From: Octopus sinensis
Lineage: Eukaryota
Length of the DNA stretch: 7,092 nucleotides
NCBI RefSeq assembly: GCF_006345805.1
Contig: NW_021829051.1
Coordinates: 1 to 7,092, forward strand
Reading direction: 5' to 3'
This document shows, one piece after another, positions 1-7,048 of the stretch. Position numbers and translations under genes: made by a program. Each line of letters opens with the position of its first letter. Positions within the stretch are counted from its first letter, which is position 1. Below the pieces are notes generated by a model that searched no databases, was not told the DNA's origin, and worked only from the letters and a program-made list of their open reading frames with translations.

Positions 1-104
1 TTTCGTTTGTGTAACTGAGATATTTTGGCTGGATTATACAATCATTGGTGTTACGTAACTTTCTATATTCTGTAACTGTCACAATATACTTATCTTGGTC
101 TGAA

Positions 105-231
105 TTTTTTGTGAGGAGGGGGCCAGTTGATTACATCGACACCAGTACACAAATGATGCTTAATTTATCGATCCCGAAAGGACGAAAGGCAAGGTCGATC
201 TCGGCAGAATTTGAACTCAGAACGTAAAGAC
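105..231 (-). mobile_element. tRNA-derived SINE, family A, 5'-truncated copy
   Basis: Reverse complement reads ...ctttacgttctGAGTTCAAATTCtgccgagatcgaccttgcctttcgtcctttcgggatcgataaattaag..., with a B box, and aligns by eye to the + copy at 423-530. The A box is absent. Confidence 0.85.
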
Positions 232-363
232 AAACAGTCATAATATACAATCATTTCTCATGGCATCAGTACACTGTTTACAGATGTTTACATTTTTAAA
301 GTTTTCCGTGAATTTTTCACGGGTCCAGCTAGTTATTATCATTATTGATGTTGTTGTTGTTAA

Positions 364-580
364 GGCAGAGAGCTGGCAGAATCGTTAGCACGCCGGACGA
401 CATGCTTATCGACATTTCGTCCATCTTTACGTCCTGAGTTCAAATTCCACTGAGGTCGACTCTGCTTTTTATCCTTTCGGGGTCGATAAAAATAGCAGTC
501 TAGCAATGGGATCGTTGTAATTGGCTTATCCTCTTCCCGAAATTGCTGTCATTGTGCCAAAATATGAAAGCAATATTATG
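364..580 (+). mobile_element. tRNA-derived SINE, family A, near full length
   Basis: Head GGCAGAGAGCTGGCAGAATCGTTAGCA (A-box-like), B box GAGTTCAAATTCC (~436-448), body GAGGTCGACTCTGCTTTTTATCCTTTCGGGGTCGATAAA, and an AT-rich end. A second copy lies at 105-231. Resembles octopus SINEs from recall; the exact family name is not assigned. Confidence 0.85.
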
Positions 581-599
581 AGAAGGTTTATATACAGTA

Positions 600-672
600 G
601 CAGGGCCATAAATTTTAGCAAAATCTGTTACGGAGCCATAAGGATCTTTTGGGCCTCGGTTGAGAATCACTA
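600..672 (-). mobile_element. probable terminal fragment of a hAT (Charlie-like) MITE
   Basis: The minus strand begins TAGTGATTCTCAACC (672-658), close to the CAGTGGTTCTCAA terminal motif of hAT-Charlie elements. The partner TIR and an 8-bp TSD were not found. Confidence 0.4.
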
Positions 673-686
673 GCTCAAGCTGTCCG

Positions 687-985
687 AAGTGGTCAACGAC
701 ACACCAGACCAATATCAAGTCTGATGAATCATCATTCACCCCTTTTTGTCGCGTGGGGGCAAGTATACGCCTGGAGACACCCTAAAGAAGATCCCAGCCC
801 TCATTGTTTAGCCCCTACCGTGAAACAAGGAGAAAGTTCGGTGATGATTTGGGCAACATTATCGTGGAATTCTTATGACTCATTAGTTACTCTCCGTGGC
901 AGAGTTAATGCCAAAGACGAGTATTTTGGCTGATCATGATCTTCCTGTGGCTCAAACATTGTTCCCTGAAGCAGCGCCGGATTAA
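687..985 (+). pseudogene. Tc1/mariner (Tc1-type) transposase fragment, frameshifted
   Basis: Three frames join to give KWSTTHQTNIK-SDESSFT (687-740) / LFVAWGQVYAWRHPKEDPSPHCLAPTVKQGESSVMIWATLSWNS...VTLRGRVNAKD (ORF 724-933) / ILADHDLPVAQTLFPEAAPD* (923-985). This matches the Tc1 motifs WSDES (first catalytic D), VWR, PTVKHGGGSVMIW and IL.D.V.P. It ends before the QDDNAP motif. Confidence 0.88.
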
Positions 986-1311
986 GAAAAATAAGCACGT
1001 GCTTAGGGAATCAATGGAGGCGGTTGCGGGGTGGTGGGGAGCCCACAGAAATGGTAAATGGTCTACAGCACAAAAGAAATCACTTTAAACTTGCAAAAAT
1101 AATATTCGAAGTGGTGTATATGATTGGAATTGAAAAACTTTATTGAGTGAACCTTTCCTGATGTAGACATTACTTTTCGTATATTTTTAGCATTAATGGT
1201 CACAAATTGCTCAGCTGAGCATTCGTTTTCTCATTTGAAGTGTATTAAAAATTCCATCAGAACAACTATGCAACAAGGCAGGCTGGATGTTTTATATCTC
1301 TACTAAACATA

Positions 1312-1738
1312 GGCGCAGTAGTGGCTGTGTGGTAAGTAGCTTGTTTACCAGCCACATGGTTCCGGGTTCAGTCCCACTGCGTGGCACCTTGGGCAAGTGT
1401 CTTCTACTATAGCCCCAGGTTGACCAAAGCCTTGTGAGTGGATTTGGTAAGCAGAAAATGAAAGAAGCCCGTCGTATATATGTATATATATATATATGTG
1501 TGTGTGGTGTGTGTGATGTGTGTGTGTGTGTGTGTGTGTGTGTTTGTTTGTGTGTCTGTGTTTGTCACCCTAACATTGCTTGACAACCGATGCTGGTGTG
1601 TTTGTGTCCCCGTCACTTAGCGGTTCGGCAAAAGAAACCGATAGAATAAGTACTGGGCTTATTAAAGGCGGTGCTCCAGCATGGCCGCAGTCAAAATGAC
1701 TGAAACAAGTAAAAGAGTAAGAGAGAGTAAAGAGTATA
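1312..1738 (+). mobile_element. tRNA-derived SINE, family B (CORE-like), near full length with internal microsatellite
   Basis: A box TGGCTGTGTGG (1322-1332), B box GGTTCAGTCCC (1365-1375), CORE-like GGCACCTTGGGCAAGTG (~1383-1399), internal (TA)/(TG)n at 1475-1562, 3' end GGTGCTCCAGCATGGCCGCAGTC...TGACTGAAACAAGTAAAAG and a (GAGTAA)-like tail. Three more copies are in the window. Confidence 0.9.
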
Positions 1739-1987
1739 GAAGAAGATGTGTGACGTAAGATTAATTTTGAGGATCTGACCAAAGACTTCGCAATCAAAAA
1801 AGTAGGAGGAAACTTTTCAAATATAAAACGGGAGTATACAAAAATAAACATTATTTTCCACCTGACTCTTAGTTTTGTTTCATTCTGAAAAAAAAAAAAA
1901 ATGGTTTATTATTGTTTGTATTTTGAATTACCTACTTAAGGGGGTACCAAAATCTGTTAAGTGGTTAAGGCCTAATCTTTTATACTA

Positions 1988-2261
1988 TTTTACTTGTTTC
2001 AGTCATGTGACTCTGGCCATGCTGGAGTACAGCCTTTAGTCGAGCAAATCGACCCCAGGACTTATTCTTTGTAAGCCTAGTACTTATTCTACCGCTCCCT
2101 TTTGCCAAACCGCTAAGTTACAGGGACGTAAACACACCAGCATCGGTTGTCAAGCAATGTTGGGGAGAACAAACACAGACACACACATATATATATACGA
2201 CGGGATTCTTTCAGTTTCCATCTACCAAATTCACTCACAAGGCTTTGGTTGGCCTCTATAG
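1988..2261 (-). mobile_element. SINE family B, 5'-truncated copy
   Basis: Reverse-complement match to 1408-1712 (tacttgtttcagtca..., ccgctaagt, catcggttgtcaagcaatgtt, cactcacaaggctttggt). The tRNA head is missing. Confidence 0.9.
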
Positions 2262-2326
2262 GTTTTAATCTGGTCTTACCCTTATTTTAGCGCAAACTTC
2301 TAGAACGATAATGCACCGATTCCCAC

Positions 2327-2730
2327 TGTAATGTTGTTCAAAATTGGTACGATTATAGCTTTAGTTGAGCTATACAGAAAAAGAAGAACATCAACGGAGG
2401 ACCAGAGTTTGTCGGTGAAATATTTATTTAGTTACATTCAGTTAAATACGTGAGGGAGTGAACTGTCGGTCAACTCGTGCTTCGAAGAAGTCCCGCCTAA
2501 CCGGAAGTCCACTTCACTGCAGACCAGCTCTCTAGCTAGCTAGCCCGCAGCGAAGTTCCTGTCTACAGTTCGTCTGTCATAAGTCCTAGGGCAGTGCCCT
2601 ACACGACGAGCACAAAAGTGGTGTAGGCCACTTGGATTGGCACCACCAATCCCTGTATCTCGATATAATGGAACGATATAATGGAACATTTGGAGCACAA
2701 GCGACGAGTCACCTCCCTCCACCATCATCA
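2327..2730 (-). mobile_element. possible solo LTR or other unclassified GC-richer insertion
   Basis: About 400 bp, richer in GC and CpG than its flanks. It starts TGTAATG and ends CATCATCA (TG...CA), with a minus-strand AATAAA at 2423-2428, ~100 nt from the end. The putative TSD is imperfect (CCCAC vs CTCAG), so the boundaries are uncertain. Confidence 0.3.
2661..2686. repeat. perfect 13-bp tandem duplication (CGATATAATGGAA)x2
   Basis: Read directly: 2661-2673 equals 2674-2686. Confidence 0.95.
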
Positions 2731-2749
2731 CTCAGAGGTTTTACTTGGG

Positions 2750-2794
2750 ATATATATTGTACGCTTCTGCAATAAAGAAGCGTACAATATATAT
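2750..2794. repeat. perfect 19-bp inverted repeat with 7-nt loop
   Basis: ATATATATTGTACGCTTCT-GCAATAA-AGAAGCGTACAATATATAT. Confidence 0.95.
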
Positions 2795-2797
2795 GTA

Positions 2798-2865
2798 AGT
2801 GGATGTGTGGTAAGCTATTTGAACGAAATGCTTCTTTGCCGAGGAATGTCCCGAGTTCTAATCAC
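2798..2865 (+). mobile_element. degenerate SINE (family B-like) head
   Basis: GTGGATGTGTGGTAAG matches the heads at 1321 and 4521. A B-box-like GAGTTCTAATC lies at ~2853-2863. Confidence 0.4.
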
Positions 2866-2929
2866 TTGTTTTGGTAGCGCAGTGTTTAATCGGAATCATT
2901 AGTTACAAACACAGAAACACACCCAAACA

Positions 2930-3031
2930 GATACATAAATGCACATACATATATATATGATTGTATGTATGTATATGAATAACAATATAGTTTTGAAGAT
3001 TTTCTCGACTTTAATAAACAGTATATATATA

Positions 3032-3074
<43 letters not shown>
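2930..3074. repeat. (TACA)n/(TA)n microsatellite cluster
   Basis: Direct reading; long (TA)n at ~3023-3074. Confidence 0.9.
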
Positions 3075-3078
<4 letters not shown>

Positions 3079-3126
3079 CTGTATAATGTTATCAATGAAA
3101 ATTATGTATTAATGGAAAACCTCTAT

Positions 3127-3218
3127 TAATGGCTGATGATTGCTTAACATTTTAAAACTGTTGTAATACTTACAACATTTAATTAAATGATGTAGCGTGA
3201 AACGGTCGTACCAAATTA
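3127..3218 (+). ncRNA. type I hammerhead ribozyme motif with minimal stem III and extended stem II
   Basis: Stem I UAAUGG (3127-3132) / CC-aa-AUUA (3211-3218). Core CUGAUGA (3133-3139). Stem II UGCU (3141-3144) / AGCG (3194-3197) encloses a perfect 8-bp hairpin UGUUGUAA-uac-UUACAACA. GAAA at 3199-3202. Stem III ACG-gu-CGU. Cleavage triplet GUA, predicted cut after 3210. Confidence 0.7.
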
Positions 3219-3247
3219 CCGAAGTTATTCTTGTTGCTTATTTTGAT

Positions 3248-3347
3248 TATATATATATATATATATATTGGAAGTTTGGAGATGATGTACATGTATTTTA
3301 TATATATATATATATAATATATAACCACCATATGTAATATATATATA

Positions 3348-3388
<41 letters not shown>

Positions 3389-3464
3389 TCTTCCTATAAT
3401 AATATTGTATAAACTTGAGATGTTTGACGTCCTGCTTAACAATTATACATATATAATATATGTG

Positions 3465-3498
<34 letters not shown>

Positions 3499-3520
3499 AT
3501 GAATGTATGTATGTATGTAT
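3248..3520. repeat. compound (TA)n/(TG)n/(TATG)n microsatellites
   Basis: Direct reading; interrupted by short unique stretches. Confidence 0.9.
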
Positions 3521-3523
3521 AAA

Positions 3524-3588
3524 GGGTAAAATTGAACTTACTACCTCATGATTATCATCCTGACGCTCTAACCACTGAACCATGAGCC
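3524..3588 (-). mobile_element. tRNA-like SINE head, third family, truncated
   Basis: The minus strand reads GGCTCATGGTTCAGTGGTTAGAGCGTCAGGATGATAATCATGAGGTAGTAAGTTCAATTTTACCC, with A box TGGTTCAGTGG and a decayed B box at tRNA spacing. There is no acceptor stem, so it is not a functional tRNA. Confidence 0.65.
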
Positions 3589-3591
3589 TTT

Positions 3592-3810
3592 ACATGTATA
3601 CTCATGTATGTATGTACATATACATACGTATAACATATATGTATATATATATATATATATATATAAACACGTATGTATATGTACTGCATTACCTCTGGAT
3701 ATCCTTGTTGCATATTTTGATTATATATATACATGCACACACACATATATATGTATGTACATACACATGGATATACACATAATAAACACACATCATGATA
3801 CACGCACACA
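3592..3810. repeat. degenerate TA/CA/TATG low-complexity tract
   Basis: Direct reading. Confidence 0.85.
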
Positions 3811-4228
3811 TTGAAAGCAACAAGTTTAGCTATTCTATAAAACGAAGGCAATTTACCATCTATGTCTAGCACACAAAGTGACCACATAAATGCCACTTCT
3901 ATGATGTCGGGGGTGGTATTATGTCGACATCTTGCTCAGGTCGTGTTTTTGATATGTGATAAGGTGAAGCGGTACATTGCACGTTCATTTCCTGTGTCAG
4001 CTCTCTTCAAAATCTCATGACAGATTCGCGTTGATCACGTTTACTCAGCCTTGACAAAGCTTCGAGAAAATTAGGGCCCACGCTCGTTTAATTAAAGTGC
4101 TATTGCCTTTGTTGCTCACGCTGTTGTACTTGTTGTTGATGTTGTTGTTGTTGTTTTGTTAGTCTCGTTGTATTTCAAGCTATTGTTCTGTAGACAGGGA
4201 AATCCATTGATGTGTACAATGAACAAGG

Positions 4229-4232
<4 letters not shown>

Positions 4233-4264
<32 letters not shown>

Positions 4265-4326
4265 TGTGAGTATGTTTCTTTCTCTCTCACTTACTGTGTG
4301 TGCGTGTGTGCGTGTATGTATGTATG

Positions 4327-4362
<36 letters not shown>

Positions 4363-4409
4363 TATAATATAATATATATATATATACATACATAAGCATA
4401 TATATATTC

Positions 4410-4484
<75 letters not shown>

Positions 4485-4512
4485 TTATGTGTGTGTATGT
4501 ATGTGTGTGTAT
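4233..4512. repeat. compound (TG)n-(TA)n-(CA)n-(TA)n-(TG)n microsatellite
   Basis: Direct reading. Confidence 0.92.
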
Positions 4513-4906
4513 GGATGTGCGGATGTGTGGTAAGAAGCTTTCTTCCTTACCAAATGGCTCCAGGTTCAGTCCTACTGCGTGTCACTTTGGGTAAATGCTT
4601 TCTGCTGTAGCCGCAGACAAACCAATGTGGTTGGATTTGGTTTACGGAAAACTGAAAGCAGCCCATGTGTGTGTGTGTGTGTGTGTGTGTGGTGTGTTTT
4701 AGTCTTCAACCACTGCATGACAACCGGCCGGTGTTGGTTTGTTTACGATACTGTAGCTCAGCGGTTTAGCAAAAGAGACTGACAGAATAAATACCAGTGT
4801 TACAAAAAGAAAATGGTACTGGATCGACATATTCAACTGAAAGATTCTTCAAAGTGGTGCTCCAGCATGACCACATTCAAATGACTAAAATAAGTAAAAG
4901 ATAAAA
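4513..4906 (+). mobile_element. SINE family B, diverged full-length copy
   Basis: GGATGTGTGGTAAGAAGCTT...CAGGTTCAGTCCTACTGCGTGTCACTTTGGGTAAATG, internal (TG)n, and 3' GGTGCTCCAGCATGACCACA...ATGACTAAAATAAGTAAAAG. Colinear with 1312-1738. Confidence 0.88.
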
Positions 4907-4954
4907 TATATATATATGTATTCATGCACATACATCTATCTATTTACCTTTCTC

Positions 4955-5368
4955 TACATACACACATACACACACATACACATACATACATGCATACATA
5001 CATACATACATAACATACATACATACATACACACACATACATACATACACACATACATACATACATACATACATACACACATACATACATGCATACATAC
5101 ATACACACATACATACATACATACATACACACATACATACATACATACATACATATGTACATACATACATACATGCATACATACATATATACATACATAC
5201 ACACATACACATACGCATACATACATACATGCATACATAATGCATGCATACATACATACATACATACATACACACACATTCATACATACATACATACATA
5301 CATACATACATACATGCATACATACATACATACATACATACATACATACATACATACATACATACATA
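4955..5368. repeat. long (TACA)n tetranucleotide microsatellite, ~410 bp
   Basis: Direct reading; it is the source of the HTYI/MYVC pseudo-ORFs. Confidence 0.95.
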
Positions 5369-5642
5369 CGATGTGTATTTTTGACGCCCTCTACATTACA
5401 CATTGCATCATAAAACACATGCTACTTCTATTTCTAGCCATCTGAATGACCACACGGTTGTCCTTCCCGTTGACCTCATTACAATTAACAGTTTGTGATT
5501 GATAAACGTTGCGAAATGAAGTTCCGGTTTCGCCTCTGATCGTCTGACGTCACATCCGTTCCGATCAATGATGAAAGGCTTAAAACAGACACAAAGGCGC
5601 ACAACTAGCGGAGTATTTTTAATTAAATATTTTCGGCTGAAA

Positions 5643-5731
5643 GACACGGGATTCATAGAATCACTAGAGCATCAAATTAAATCTTTGTTCTGGCAATCTG
5701 AGGTGGCGAGTTCAAACCGTCCTGAGGTCAG
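5643..5731 (+). mobile_element. highly degenerate SINE family A head
   Basis: AGAATCACTAGAGCATC resembles AGAATCGTTAGCACG, and GAGTTCAAACCGTCCTGAGGTCA resembles GAGTTCAAATTCCACTGAGGTCG, at similar spacing. Confidence 0.45.
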
Positions 5732-5826
5732 TTTTTTTTTTATTTTATAAATTAGGGACATTCTCGTGGAAGTTGAACCAAAACAACTCTTTTGAATGAT
5801 CCGGAAAATTACCAAATCTTTTACCA

Positions 5827-6050
5827 TTTATTTGTTTCAGTCATTAGAATGCGGCCATGCTGGAGCACCTCCTTCAAGAAGAATTTTAGTCGGACAAATC
5901 AGTCCCAAGTACTTATTTTTATTAAAGCCTGGTACTTATTCTATTGATTTATTTTATCGAACCGCTAAGTTATGGGTGAATAACCACACCGACACCGGTT
6001 GTTAACGTTCGTGGAGAACAGAGACGTAAACAGACATATGTATATATATG
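5827..6050 (-). mobile_element. SINE family B, 3' half
   Basis: TTTGTTTCAGTCATT...GCGGCCATGCTGGAGCACC...GGTACTTATTCTAT...GAACCGCTAAGTTA...CACCGGTTG; colinear with 1988-2190. Confidence 0.87.
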
Positions 6051-6174
6051 TATGTGTGAGTGTATATAAATACACACAAACATATTAATCGAAGTGTAGC
6101 TTGTTATATATGAATGACCCACTCTACTGACGAATATACACGTGCAATTTTATCTAAGTTATGGCTCTTAGACG

Positions 6175-6180
<6 letters not shown>

Positions 6181-6239
<59 letters not shown>

Positions 6240-6268
6240 ATATATATATATATATAATATATATATAG
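6181..6268. repeat. (TA)n microsatellite
   Basis: Direct reading. Confidence 0.95.
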
Positions 6269-6269
6269 T

Positions 6270-6378
6270 GTAGGAAGAAATGAATGGAGCTGAACGAAGA
6301 TTTAACACAAATTCCTTTTTATTATTTTCTACATATGTTTCAAAGGCTGCAAAGTCCCTAATTCGGATTAAATCTTTG

Positions 6379-6379
<1 letters not shown>
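6270..6379 (-). mobile_element. Penelope-like/retrozyme-like fragment carrying the 3' half of a hammerhead
   Basis: Minus strand GAAA-CAUAUG-UA (6341-6330; palindromic stem III ACAUAUGU, GUA triplet) is followed by AAUAAA (6323-6318). Bounded by (TA)n on both sides. The CUGANGA half is absent. Confidence 0.45.
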
Positions 6380-6406
<27 letters not shown>

Positions 6407-6411
<5 letters not shown>

Positions 6412-6718
6412 TATAATATCGATATTTAAATATCGATCTTATCAAGTGGCCAGCATAGGAATAAATACCATACAAAGGTAATAATTATTTAAAACTATAA
6501 ATTAGGGTATCTGAGAGATACCACCATGCTGAAATAGCAGTCAAAATCCTGACCCTAAAGCGACATTAAATGTTCATATAGCGCTAGGAGAGAAGACAGA
6601 GAGACAAAATAAACTAGCAAAAAAGATTTTACTGGATAAATCAAGATCCTGGATTTCTGGCTTTGCATAAGAGAAGCTCTGCCTTCGTCAGTTGAATATA
6701 CCTGATAAGAACATAAAT
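6407..6718 (-). mobile_element. hammerhead-containing repeat unit (Penelope-like terminal repeat or non-LTR retrozyme), copy 1
   Basis: Contains the hammerhead at 6634-6702, several hairpins and a 20-bp palindrome. Its left 44 nt recur at 7049-7092. Flanked by (TA)n and (CA)n. Confidence 0.6.
6634..6702 (-). ncRNA. type I hammerhead ribozyme motif with minimal palindromic stem III
   Basis: Minus strand: GGUAUAUUCAA-CUGACGA-A-GGC-agagcuucucuuaugcaaa-GCC-A-GAAA-UCC-A-GGA-UC-UUGAUUUAUCC. Core CUGACGA (6691-6685), GAAA (6657-6654), stem III AUCC-a-GGAU, AUC triplet (predicted cut between 6645 and 6644), and stem I UCAA/UUGA plus an imperfect extension. Confidence 0.72.
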
Positions 6719-6830
6719 ACATACACACACACACACACACACACCACACAACAAACACACACATACATATATTATACATATATATATATTATATATATTA
6801 TATATATATATAGTATATATATATATATAT

Positions 6831-6878
<48 letters not shown>

Positions 6879-6892
6879 TATATTATATATAC
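6719..6892. repeat. (CA)n/(TA)n microsatellite
   Basis: Direct reading. Confidence 0.93.
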
Positions 6893-7048
6893 AGAACATA
6901 CGTTATACTCACATATACGAACGCTCATACATATAATATGCAAGTATGTACAAGACCAGCTTAAATTGCCCGCCTAACTGCTCCACGCGCGCGATATGGT
7001 CAAAATAAACATCGCAGTGAATACAATGAGGAAATGTATAAATTATAA

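Noticed and set aside
593-625. TA-CAGT as a Tc1 left TIR
   Set aside because: No matching right TIR was found, and the segment fits the hAT-like fragment better.
721-727. CTGATGA
   Set aside because: It encodes the SDE motif of the Tc1 fragment, and no hammerhead stems surround it.
3524-3588. tRNA gene
   Set aside because: The T arm and acceptor stem do not pair; it is interpreted as a SINE head.
2886-4462. YI/CV-rich ORFs, and similar ones at 1407-1851 and 6555-6943
   Set aside because: They derive from TA/TG repeats or SINE sequence, with no protein-like complexity.
4916-5445. Long ORFs (111-165 aa) on both strands
   Set aside because: They are translations of the (TACA)n microsatellite (HTYI/MYVC repeats), not genes.
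5568-5640. C/D box snoRNA-like ATGATGA...CTGA
   Set aside because: No terminal stem, no clear C'/D' boxes and no recognisable rRNA guide; likely chance.
6122-6160. CTGACGA hammerhead-like core on + strand
   Set aside because: It is followed by GCAA rather than GAAA, and the stems are only 2 bp.
2492-6978. Shared 10-mer CCCGCCTAAC at 2492 and 6969
   Set aside because: Too short, and the flanks do not align.
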